Below are positions 49,608 to 58,237 of a stretch of 64,000 nucleotides of DNA, piece after piece; position 1 is the first letter of the stretch, and the number at the start of each line of letters is the position of its first letter. The DNA comes from Caldivirga sp. UBA161. GTDB taxonomy: Archaea > Thermoproteota > Thermoprotei > Thermoproteales > Thermocladiaceae. The translations under genes were made by a program, and so were the position numbers. The stretch spans positions 20,927-84,926 of the forward strand of contig NZ_DAXS01000068.1 in assembly GCF_002506515.1 (NCBI RefSeq). Reading direction: 5' to 3'. Below the pieces are notes generated by a model. That model was not told the origin of the DNA and did not search any database. It saw only the letters and a program-made list of their open reading frames with translations.

Positions 49608-50390
49608 TTAATTTTTAGCTAATCTTATGACTTCGAAGTCATTATCCCTAAGCCTAGATATGAAGCCATCCTTCTCAAGGTTTGCTAGAGCTTTACTTAG
49701 GTAGGATAATGGTACTTTAAGAATTTCATCACCATACCATTCACTTAACTTATCAGTTAATTCCACTAGACTCCAATTAACCTTATTACTGACCTTATAC
49801 TCATCATTCATTATCCTCTTAATGAAGTTAGATAAGTCTTCAACAAGGTTCCACGGATACATGAACCATACCCAATCCTTAACCTCATAGGCGTAATAAT
49901 CTGGTTTAAATTTAGCCACAGTGGATATCCATTGTAAGGCACCTGTCCTAACATCAGCATTAGGCCACCTTGAGAGAACATGATCCCTAGCAATTATTAC
50001 GCTGTCACCGGTGTCAACAATATCATCAACCACTAGTACTTTCTTACCGTTTAAGTCTATTTGGGCGATAGGATACTTAATGTAAGCCTTCTCTAAAGCC
50101 TGAGCACTACTGGGCCAATGCACAACCTGCAGGCTAACTAAGTCATTAATACCCAGGTTATCGCAGAGTAGCCTAGCTGGGATGTAACCTCCCCTAGCTA
50201 TTGCCACCACTACATCGGGAAGCCACTTGCTTTCAATTATCTTATTCGCCAGGGTTAAAGCCCACGTTACTATATCATCCCAGCTAACCAACTTAACCGG
50301 AACCTTAACCACAATTAATTTTAAAGGAATGCCCTGATTTATAAGTATTAAGCCACGTTTAAATAGAGTTAAGTGATGGCTCTTAATCAC
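49608..50390 (-). CDS. Type I phosphoribosyltransferase (Gpt/purine PRTase-like) with C-terminal winged-helix-like extension
   Basis: The core VSWDDI...[15 protein letters not shown]...[13 protein letters not shown] has the Gpt-like order, and the last ~80 aa ([17 protein letters not shown]) look like a wHTH. An alternative leaderless GTG start at 50312 lies ~29 nt downstream of CTTATAAAT. Confidence 0.65.
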   Translation of the reverse strand: MIKSHHLTLFKRGLILINQGIPLKLIVVKVPVKLVSWDDIVTWALTLANKIIESKWLPDVVVAIARGGYIPARLLCDNLGINDLVSLQVVHWPSSAQALEKAYIKYPIAQIDLNGKKVLVVDDIVDTGDSVIIARDHVLSRWPNADVRTGALQWISTVAKFKPDYYAYEVKDWVWFMYPWNLVEDLSNFIKRIMNDEYKVSNKVNWSLVELTDKLSEWYGDEILKVPLSYLSKALANLEKDGFISRLRDNDFEVIRLAKN

Positions 50391-51303
50391 CCTTAAGTAT
50401 TAGTTTAAGGAGGGCCATCCTAAGGGGTACGCCTAGGGCCGACTGCTTGAAATACTTGGCATATCTTGTTGAGTCTAATCTATGATCAACCTCATCAACC
50501 CTAGGTAATGGGTGAAGCACTATTAACGTATCCTTAACGCCAATTAATGATTCTGGAGAAACCTTAAAACTCCCCTTAACCCTCTCATACTCCACTGGGT
50601 CAGGGAACCTTTCCCTCTGTATCCTAACCACGTAGAGTACGTCTAATTCACTTAAAACCTCATTAAGGTTTAAATGAAGGCTGTAACTCATTCCTCTCAT
50701 ATTCATGAAATCCAGGAGCTCCCTCCTAGGTTTCAGTATTTCAGGGGATATTAAGCGTAGCTTAACCTTAAAGTTGCTTAGTAATTGAATAAGGGATGTA
50801 ACAACCCTAGCATACCTTAAATCACCTAATATACCTATTGTTAAATCATCTATTCGCCCATACTCCCTCCAAATAGTGTATGCATCGAGCATTGCTTGAG
50901 TTGGGTGATTCTGAGTACCATCACCAGCATTTATTACCGGTACAGTAGCTATGTCGGCTGCATACTTAGCTGCACCCTCGAGGCTATGGCGTATGACTAT
51001 TACGTCTGAGTAGGAGTCAAGCATCCTAATAGTATCACCAAGGCTCTCACCCTTAGCCACTGATGAAGCCTCCACTGAACCGAAACCTAATACTCGCCCA
51101 CCAAGCCTTAGCATAGCAGCCTCAAAGCTTAACCTAGTTCTGGTGCTTGGTTCAAAGAATGCAGTAGCCATTATTTTACCATCAAGTATATTTAACTTAG
51201 ATTTAGCGTAATTCTCCATTTCCTGAGCCTCATTGAATAACTGCATTAAATCCTCCCTATTGAAGTCCAGGGATGAGATGACATCCCTATTTAACCAAGT
51301 CAA
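50383..51303 (-). CDS. pyrB: Aspartate carbamoyltransferase catalytic subunit
   Basis: 306-aa ORF with an apparent TTG start. It has [13 protein letters not shown] and HPLPR motifs. Confidence 0.92.
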   Translation of the reverse strand: MTWLNRDVISSLDFNREDLMQLFNEAQEMENYAKSKLNILDGKIMATAFFEPSTRTRLSFEAAMLRLGGRVLGFGSVEASSVAKGESLGDTIRMLDSYSDVIVIRHSLEGAAKYAADIATVPVINAGDGTQNHPTQAMLDAYTIWREYGRIDDLTIGILGDLRYARVVTSLIQLLSNFKVKLRLISPEILKPRRELLDFMNMRGMSYSLHLNLNEVLSELDVLYVVRIQRERFPDPVEYERVKGSFKVSPESLIGVKDTLIVLHPLPRVDEVDHRLDSTRYAKYFKQSALGVPLRMALLKLILKGD

Positions 51304-51494
51304 GAGACCCTCACCTACTGTTAACCCAGTGTATAGAGTGTATTTAAATCATCACCATAAATGATTATGGCATGTAGTTCTCATGGTGCAGTTACGTGAA
51401 TAATGAATTAATGCTCCCTTAACCAATGGCTGAGGAGTAAGGTGCGGCAATGAAGCAGGAAACTCCACTTAAAGTGAAGTAGATAGCCTGCAAA

Positions 51495-52565
51495 TTAAGC
51501 TGATTTATACTGCTCAAGAATCACTGGTGGTTCGTCATCACTAATAGGTACTGATATTATGCTCTTAGTCCTTTCAGCTAAGTGTTCTATAAGGACCATA
51601 TCCTCAGGGTATACTTCACCAATAACGTTGAATCTAGGGTCTGGTGGGGCATCATCCTTAAATATCCATACTTGTATGTAGTGTGGATTATTATTAACCA
51701 CAGTAACCGCACCCTTAAATCTCCTAACAATGTTCCTCGGCTTAATGTTATTCTCACCAATAGCCGTTAATCCAATGGCCTTCTCCTTAATCCTAACATC
51801 ACGAAACTCCCTATTAAACACCTTAGCCTCCTCCTCAGTTAAGCCGTAATAGGTAATGACCCTTATCCTGGTTCTCCGCTTAGCGGAAGCCACTTTCTTT
51901 AAATCCTCATCTGATGGAAGTGGGTCACCTATCAACACCCTATCTATGTACTTTGAGTTTAGGAGTATTGAAGCTGAATTCTCAATATCCATATGCCTAA
52001 GGCTCTCCACAGTGGTTCTTTCCCCATCCTTAACAGATATGAATATGCCAACTGGTATACCCCTAATGTGGAATTCCTTAGACTTAGCTAACGCATCTTC
52101 AAGGCTTAACCCAGTGTACTCCCATGGGTACCAGTCATGACTAGCCATTAGGTTTTCTGGTTTCTTAACTAGTTTAAGCAATCTATCTAACTCATCAAGT
52201 GGGAAGACACTTGCATTTAATTCAACCTTAATCCCAAGATCATTATTAGCCATCACAGCCAACTGCTCCAGGTTAAAGCCCCAATCAGCCCTAACACCCT
52301 TAATACCCATCTTCTTAAAGAAGCTTAAGTCACTTGGAGATATGCCTAAGTCTGAAAACACCTTAGGATTAATGTCTACGAAGTAATAGTAACCTAATTC
52401 ATTAGCTAGCTTAGCAATATCCTTAACTAAATCCAGGTTATCAAGCCCTATTCCAGACCACGCCTCAGTGAATCCAAGTTCCGCAGCCTTCCTCATTATC
52501 TCAATTGTCCTAGGCACTGTTTCCCTCCTACCGACGGCGAATGATATGCCTATGCTTTTAGGCAT
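51495..52565 (-). CDS. DUF871/MupG-like protein (6-phospho-N-acetylmuramidase family, GH170-like)
   Basis: 356-aa ORF. GIKGVRADWGF, KVELNAS, SHDWYPWEYTGLS and LIGDP are in the same order as I recall the MupG-family motifs (LRxDYG, LNAS, HNYYPrpxTGL, GDP). This is from memory only. Confidence 0.55.
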   Translation of the reverse strand: MPKSIGISFAVGRRETVPRTIEIMRKAAELGFTEAWSGIGLDNLDLVKDIAKLANELGYYYFVDINPKVFSDLGISPSDLSFFKKMGIKGVRADWGFNLEQLAVMANNDLGIKVELNASVFPLDELDRLLKLVKKPENLMASHDWYPWEYTGLSLEDALAKSKEFHIRGIPVGIFISVKDGERTTVESLRHMDIENSASILLNSKYIDRVLIGDPLPSDEDLKKVASAKRRTRIRVITYYGLTEEEAKVFNREFRDVRIKEKAIGLTAIGENNIKPRNIVRRFKGAVTVVNNNPHYIQVWIFKDDAPPDPRFNVIGEVYPEDMVLIEHLAERTKSIISVPISDDEPPVILEQYKSA

Positions 52566-52886
52566 GAATACCGAACAGTATTCGATATTTAAGCATTGCT
52601 TGCGAGGTTAACATTAGATTAAGGAAAAATTGACGGAAGAATAGCCGGGTCAACTATAGTAACCGTGCTGGCTCAAAGAGTGTGCACTAAATTGGTAACA
52701 GTCCATTAGGCTACAATTACCTAGTGATTACCCCTGGGGTGATTTTTTATGGAAGTGGGATTAATAGGAATGATAAGTAGAGGTGGGTTAACACTAGTGT
52801 TCATGACAAAAACAAACAGCAGGTCCTCTAAGCCTGCTTGGGATTGTTTTAAACTTAGTTTGAATATGAGACCACATATCCCTGAG

Positions 52887-52927
52887 CCCCTAGGAGCCAA
52901 GAGCATGGGGCTGCTCTTGGTGAGGGG
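52887..52927 (+). other. Hairpin fitting the K-turn consensus (candidate L7Ae-binding RNA element)
   Basis: 5'-CCCC UAG GA G CCAAGAGC AUGGGGCU GCUCUUGG U GA GGGG-3'. This gives a 4-bp C stem, a 3-nt bulge, tandem G.A/A.G pairs, then G.U and an 8-bp stem. The reverse strand lacks the GA pairs. Confidence 0.3.
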
Positions 52928-53064
52928 TAATGGATTGAAGGCCCATCTCATAATCCACCATTGAACGAGTAGAGGCGACTAAAAGCCACTAGCAGTAAGG
53001 CAATGAGATGAAGGCGGTAAACCACCCAAAGGCAACCCCCTTAGGGCGATGAGGAGGTCAGGTA

Positions 53065-53274
53065 TTGGCTGTTGGTGATGCGGCTAAGTTACCATACCTC
53101 AAGAATCAAGAAATTGCATTTAAGTGCGCCTTATTTACTGTTAATAAGATAATGGAGGATCTTAAAATTAATGATAGGATTAATGCCCAATACGTCCTAA
53201 TTGGTTGGGCATACTTAAGTAATGTGGAGGGTAAACTAAAGGCCTTAAGTCTCCAATTTGGGTTTATTACTTAA
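53065..53274 (+). CDS. Possible small protein (69 aa), TTG start preceded by Shine-Dalgarno-like GGAGGT
   Basis: GGAGGT (53052-53057) lies 7 nt upstream of TTG 53065. I recognise no homology. Confidence 0.25.
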   Translation: MAVGDAAKLPYLKNQEIAFKCALFTVNKIMEDLKINDRINAQYVLIGWAYLSNVEGKLKALSLQFGFIT

Positions 53275-53391
53275 GTAGATTATTCGGTTAAGCATAAGGC
53301 CAGGTTGCCTGTGGTGATTATTAATTAAACCTAAGGTGTAGCTTATTGTCCAATGACTGGGCATTAAGTTTATTTAAGAGGATTTAACAGT

Positions 53392-54396
53392 ATGCCTATG
53401 AGGGCGGTGGTTTTTGAGAAGAATGATTTAAATGACTTAAGAGTGGTTGAGTTAAATAGGCCTAAGCCTAATCCCCATGAGGTAGTTATTAGGGTTACTG
53501 AATCAGGGGTTAATCCTGTAGACTACTATACAGTGACCTCAAGGTGGGTTAAACCAATACCACATATACCTGGTGCTGAGTTTGCAGGTATTGTTGAGGA
53601 GGTGGGGGAGCATGTGTCAACCGTTAAGCCTGGTGATAAGGTTGTGGTATATAGTAGAGTTTTCGACGGCACCTGTGACTTATGCTTAGCATCGATGGAG
53701 AACCTATGTAGGAATGGAGGTATAATAGGCATAGTCACTAATGGTGGTTGGGCAGAGTATGCTGTGGTACCTGATAGGAACATAATTAAACTACCTGATG
53801 ATGTTAATTGGGACTTAGCCGCAAGCTTACCGGTGGCTGCATTAACATCATATCACGCCCTCAGGGAGGCTAATTTAAAGGTTGGGGAAACCCTGGTTGT
53901 CTTTGGAGCATCCGGTAATACCGGCCAGTTCGCTGTTCAACTAGGTAAGTTAATGGGTGCTAGGGTAATTGCAGTAAGTGGGAAGAGTTGGGTCAGTGAA
54001 TTAGGTGCTGATTATGTTGCCTCAATTAATGATGCCAAGAGCATTGTTGAGAAGGTTACTGAGGGAAAAATGGCTGATGTAGTGATTGATCCACTTGGGG
54101 AAAGCACATGGAATACAAGTATTTCACTACTTGGAAGGGGCGGTAGATGGGTTACCTTTGGTCAATTAACCGGTGGAGAGGTTAAGATTCAATTATCGCT
54201 ACTGTACTCTAATCAACTTAAGTTAATTGGATCAACTGGTGGAACCAGGAGGGAGTTACTTGAGTTGGTGAGCATTATGGGTAAGCTTAAGGTTAAGGTT
54301 GACAAGTATTATGAATTAGGTGAAGCCAAGGAGGCACTTACTAGGTTATTTTCACCCCAGAGGAATGGAAGGATAATGATTAAGATTAGTGTTTAA
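53392..54396 (+). CDS. MDR-superfamily zinc-type oxidoreductase (quinone oxidoreductase/ADH-like)
   Basis: 334-aa ORF with a GroES-like N-domain (PGAEFAGIVEEVG) and the Rossmann motif GASGNTGQFAVQ. Confidence 0.8.
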   Translation: MPMRAVVFEKNDLNDLRVVELNRPKPNPHEVVIRVTESGVNPVDYYTVTSRWVKPIPHIPGAEFAGIVEEVGEHVSTVKPGDKVVVYSRVFDGTCDLCLASMENLCRNGGIIGIVTNGGWAEYAVVPDRNIIKLPDDVNWDLAASLPVAALTSYHALREANLKVGETLVVFGASGNTGQFAVQLGKLMGARVIAVSGKSWVSELGADYVASINDAKSIVEKVTEGKMADVVIDPLGESTWNTSISLLGRGGRWVTFGQLTGGEVKIQLSLLYSNQLKLIGSTGGTRRELLELVSIMGKLKVKVDKYYELGEAKEALTRLFSPQRNGRIMIKISV

Positions 54397-54412
54397 AATC
54401 CTAATTCCACGC

Positions 54413-55666
54413 CTAGGCTGAACTCCTCCTCCAGGATAATGCTGCATAGATTACGTAAAGTAATAGCGCGTTGAAGAAGGCGAAGAATATCAGGCTCCCT
54501 ACTAATAGGCCTGGTTGAATTGAAACTAGGCTGAGTAATGCATTAATTTGCGGAGTTAGGAGTTGACTAATTGTTAACCACTTAGCTACATTAAGCGCGA
54601 AGCTTAGGCCATAAGCCTTAATCAAAGCCTCAGCCGCTGTAACCGGTGGGACAATGGCGTATGGGGCATGGGCTAACCCATTCATTACCTCAGCTGAATC
54701 CATCAACATTGGCGTTAAAACTAGTTTAAGCGCCTCAATGGGCTTACTGGTGATTTTAATTGAAATCACAAGTAGGACCAGAATTATGGCTCCAAGGGCA
54801 ATATTCATGTAAAGCATCCAACTTAGGTTAAAGGTTGGCCTATACAGCTCATAGAATGCTGATTGTAAATATGATGGTGGATGCCCAAATATAGACCATG
54901 CAACCGTTGGTGAATACTGGTAAATAGTGTATAGATACCAGGCTGCGAAGATGGAGTATAGGATGCCGAAGATTAAACCCATAGTGTTACCAATCCTGTG
55001 CCCTAACTCATGGTACTCACTCCTACTTGAGGTGTACCTCCAGCCATGTATAGATGATATTAGTATACTGGTCATGGCTATCGCCCCGAGTAAAGTGGAT
55101 GAGAGTAATGGTGGGTACGTTGGATTACCTAAAGCCTTAGTTAAATTAACGGATAACGTAAAGCCTGTATTTGATGTACTGCTTGGTGTTATTGCCACCC
55201 CTGCAGGGTAATTTATGAAAGCGAAAACTAGCCTAAACATTGCTGGAATAACAGTTAAAGTAATGGCCATGGCGTAACCCACCGCAATATGCTTCATTGG
55301 GCTAAGCCTATTAAATGACCTATAGTAGAAGCCTATGAATGGTAAGGCTATTGCCACACCAAATACTATTGCAATACCCCAAACCGGCCAAAGCAATGCA
55401 CCAGCTATATTAGTGAAGACTGGTAGTAAGCCCGCTAGGAATACTGTCACTATTGTTCCAAAGACCCCACCTATGGCGTATACTGCTATTAAGTAGTTTG
55501 ATAGACCGTGTGCAATATCAATGTAAACCCTCTTACCACTCCTATATCCAATTAACTCAAGCGTGGGCAGCAGCCAACCTAGGCCAAGCACAGTGTAAAC
55601 TAAGGGTAAGTGCACTGAGAAGGCCCATGCAATTAAGGCCACTGCTACTACCACTGGAGAGACCAT
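54413..55666 (-). CDS. cydB: Cytochrome bd oxidase subunit II-like membrane protein
   Basis: 417-aa polytopic ORF located 10 nt downstream of the cydA-like gene on the same strand. Subunit II is poorly conserved, so the call is mainly positional. Confidence 0.55.
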   Translation of the reverse strand: MVSPVVVAVALIAWAFSVHLPLVYTVLGLGWLLPTLELIGYRSGKRVYIDIAHGLSNYLIAVYAIGGVFGTIVTVFLAGLLPVFTNIAGALLWPVWGIAIVFGVAIALPFIGFYYRSFNRLSPMKHIAVGYAMAITLTVIPAMFRLVFAFINYPAGVAITPSSTSNTGFTLSVNLTKALGNPTYPPLLSSTLLGAIAMTSILISSIHGWRYTSSRSEYHELGHRIGNTMGLIFGILYSIFAAWYLYTIYQYSPTVAWSIFGHPPSYLQSAFYELYRPTFNLSWMLYMNIALGAIILVLLVISIKITSKPIEALKLVLTPMLMDSAEVMNGLAHAPYAIVPPVTAAEALIKAYGLSFALNVAKWLTISQLLTPQINALLSLVSIQPGLLVGSLIFFAFFNALLLYVIYAALSWRRSSA

Positions 55667-55675
55667 GATCCCACC

Positions 55676-57109
55676 CTAGTACTCAATCACCTGTGTAGGC
55701 TTCACCCCCCTAGGTTTAGTGTATAGGTAAACCATGTAGACAGCCAGGGCTGGCATAGCTACCTCAACTATTATTATAAGCGCCACTAACCATCCTGGTA
55801 GGCTTAGGTTAGGGTTAATTAAACCACCCTCATAAACCGGTACCCCAGTTACCGTAGGTGGGCCACCGTTTGGGTTGGGTGATGATTCAACTAGGATGAA
55901 GGGAACCCTACCACTCTCTGCCGTCACTGCACCACCTATTGCCGCTAAAGCTGCGAAGAGGGGCATGGCGTATGGGCCAGTCCTCTCTAGGAATGATGCT
56001 ATTACCTTAGCCCAGTTAAACCTATTGAAGAAACCATTGAACAAGTACCAGAGGGATAAGCCACCGCTCCAAACACCCAGTAATACGCCTAATGTAACCA
56101 TGAAACCCAGGTAGAATATTGGTAGAAAATCAAAGGGGGCTAGAGGTGGCCTTACGTTAGCTGGCCATGAATAATAGCCCCAGAAGGCGTGGTTAAAGGT
56201 ACCGTATGCGAAGAAGCTTGTTAATGGATCAACCTTAAGGCCCTTCCAGAACATGCCTTCAATGGCTGCCAGCTTCAATGGATCAAATTGGAGGACAAGT
56301 TCACCTTGAAGGTGACCAAGTATAAAGCCCTCAATGGCGGTCATAATTGCTACACCGGGTATAATGATTTTAAGCACCTTAACTTGGTCAGGCCTATGCT
56401 CGCGTACGTAACCATAAAGGTATATTGCACCAATCACTGACCACGTTAATATTGCTGCGGCCAGTATTCCATGGAATATGAATACGTTAGCCCCCCACCA
56501 GAACATGTTCCAAGCATCCGTGGGCTTAGCCCAAGTGACCAAGTAGCTTGTTAGGCCTGCGATTGTTTCATTTGATGCAGCTAGATTCTGAACAATCATG
56601 CCGGGTGGCCTCATGCTTAGTGAAGCCATAACCGCTAGAATATTGTAGGCACTCCAATATCCCCCGAAGGCTGCCGCCAAGCCAATTACCCAATGAACCC
56701 AACCGTTCCTTACCTTACCCCACGTGAATACATAAAGTGGTAGGAGTATTACCTCGGTTAGGAAGGCGAATAATTCTAGGTAAAATGGTAAAACAATGGC
56801 AGATCCTATTATTGTAATGAAGTTACTCCATATTGTCACCAACCCAAACTCAACTAATGTACCGAATGCCGCACCTACACCGAAGAATATGGTAGATACC
56901 ACTGAAAACATCCTAGCCTTATCATACCAATCCTTATCATGCTTAGTTAAGTAAATGTATTCCGCAATCACGGCTATTAGTATTGTTCCGAGGAAGGAGG
57001 AGGCAAGGCTTAAGTGAGCTAAGATACCAATGGCTGATACCCACCTAGCTGCATCTAAAGTGCTAGCATTTATTGTTGAGAGAACGTATACTATAGGCAT
57101 AAAATGCAA
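55676..57109 (-). CDS. cydA: Cytochrome bd-type quinol oxidase subunit I
   Basis: 477-aa ORF. An N-terminal His in a TM (ILAHLSL), LVEFGLVTIW, YLELFAFLTE, LKLAAIEGMFW and GRVPF regions parallel the CydA motifs (EFQFGTNW, EG..AFFLE, KLAAIEA.W, GRQPW). Confidence 0.8.
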   Translation of the reverse strand: MHFMPIVYVLSTINASTLDAARWVSAIGILAHLSLASSFLGTILIAVIAEYIYLTKHDKDWYDKARMFSVVSTIFFGVGAAFGTLVEFGLVTIWSNFITIIGSAIVLPFYLELFAFLTEVILLPLYVFTWGKVRNGWVHWVIGLAAAFGGYWSAYNILAVMASLSMRPPGMIVQNLAASNETIAGLTSYLVTWAKPTDAWNMFWWGANVFIFHGILAAAILTWSVIGAIYLYGYVREHRPDQVKVLKIIIPGVAIMTAIEGFILGHLQGELVLQFDPLKLAAIEGMFWKGLKVDPLTSFFAYGTFNHAFWGYYSWPANVRPPLAPFDFLPIFYLGFMVTLGVLLGVWSGGLSLWYLFNGFFNRFNWAKVIASFLERTGPYAMPLFAALAAIGGAVTAESGRVPFILVESSPNPNGGPPTVTGVPVYEGGLINPNLSLPGWLVALIIIVEVAMPALAVYMVYLYTKPRGVKPTQVIEY

Positions 57110-57322
57110 TCTGCAACAGTATTTTTAAATTTTTATTGATTTACTTAGAAAATAATGTTAATATAATCTTTAGATCTAAGTAATTACTCATTATATAGAT
57201 TTTGCTAGGCGTAATTTATCTGCCATTAATTTATTAGATGTGTATAAATTTAAGGGAGGAACCTACACTTAATGAACCGTAAGGGATATTAATCTGAACC
57301 GCAAGCATAATGTATAGGTGGA

Positions 57323-58117
57323 ATGTCCAGGAGGAAGGATGAGCATCTAATGGATGATATAACGGAGGAGTTGGAGAAGTCCGGAGCTAAGTCTATAGTT
57401 ATTGATAAGGATGATTACTCATACACTATTGTAGCCAGTGTAGATAAGGGTGGGTTAGGTAAAATTATTCTTAAAATAAGCTCAGACTCATCCACAATAC
57501 CGAGAAGCCACATAATTGATCTACTGATAATGCATAAAGTCTTTAAGGCTAAACCAATACTGGTGGATGAGAGTAGGAGAAATGAGGAACTTCAGGATGG
57601 CATCCTTTATGAACATTCAGGCATCCCGCAATTGAATCCAAGTACCTTCAGTGATTTACTTAAGGGTAAACCACTGTTTTTCAAGAACGAAGGTGGTGTA
57701 GTTAAAGTTAGGATAAAGGGTTGGTTACTGAGGGAACTTAGAATGAGGTATGGCTTAAGCCTCGGCGATTTAGCTGAACTACTTTCAGTTAGTAGGAAGG
57801 CCGTATATGAGTATGAGAGGGGTACCATTGATGTTAGCGCTGAGAAGGCGCAGCTATTAATTGAGTTATTTGGTGAGGAAATAGTGGATAGTTGGGATTT
57901 AAGCGTTAAGGATCCTGATCAGAAGATTATGGAGAGAAAAGTGGAGTTGGGTAATCTATTTAACCTGAAGGTTAAGGAGTCATACCTACTGGTTCATACA
58001 CACGGTAAATACGCCACAGTAACCGATAAGGGTAGTGTGTTACTGGGTAATGAGAATAGCAGGGAGGCTGAGGAAGTATCAAGCATCCTTGGCGCCCGCT
58101 ACATTAGGATTCAGTAG
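57323..58117 (+). CDS. Archaeal XRE-type HTH regulator (conserved 'putative HTH-type transcriptional regulatory protein' family)
   Basis: 264-aa ORF with a central HTH, LRELRMRYGLSLGDLAELLSVSRKAVYEYERG, flanked by N- and C-terminal domains. Confidence 0.75.
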   Translation: MSRRKDEHLMDDITEELEKSGAKSIVIDKDDYSYTIVASVDKGGLGKIILKISSDSSTIPRSHIIDLLIMHKVFKAKPILVDESRRNEELQDGILYEHSGIPQLNPSTFSDLLKGKPLFFKNEGGVVKVRIKGWLLRELRMRYGLSLGDLAELLSVSRKAVYEYERGTIDVSAEKAQLLIELFGEEIVDSWDLSVKDPDQKIMERKVELGNLFNLKVKESYLLVHTHGKYATVTDKGSVLLGNENSREAEEVSSILGARYIRIQ

Positions 58118-58237
58118 AAACGCTAATAAACTCCTGTAAATAATATACCTTCAGTGGCTGTAAGGATTCATAAAACTTATTCAACATCCCTGCTCCAGTG
58201 GGGAAGTACGGTTATGCGTTTAAACTAGGATTATACA

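Noticed and set aside
52721-52964. Two mutually antisense 71-76-aa ORFs in the long spacer.
   Set aside because: They overlap each other almost completely, have no recognisable motifs, and the region shows RNA-like hairpins instead. I treat it as non-coding or unknown.
53047-53101. C/D-box sRNA-like string (GCGATGA ... CTGT ... GTGATGC ... CTCA).
   Set aside because: Both D-type boxes are degenerate (no CUGA), and the box spacings of 15-16 nt are longer than the ~12 nt typical of archaeal C/D sRNAs.
52566-53391. Possibility that the long spacer encodes RNase P RNA or SRP (7S) RNA.
   Set aside because: I could not find the universally conserved P4 sequence GGAAAGUCC/ACAGAA on either strand. 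I also could not find the SRP helix-8 GGAA tetraloop with AGCAGCC in the proper context. The GAGGAGGUCAGG at 53050 is only a loose resemblance. GC content is also lower than expected for such RNAs in a hyperthermophile. This needs a covariance-model search to settle.
58193-58206. CTCCAGTGGGGAAG, resembling the core of archaeal origin recognition boxes. A weaker CTCCAGTAACAATGG lies at 46645-46659.
   Set aside because: These are single, isolated and imperfect matches. There are no inverted multiple ORB copies flanking an unwinding element and no orc1/cdc6 gene nearby. That is insufficient for an origin call.
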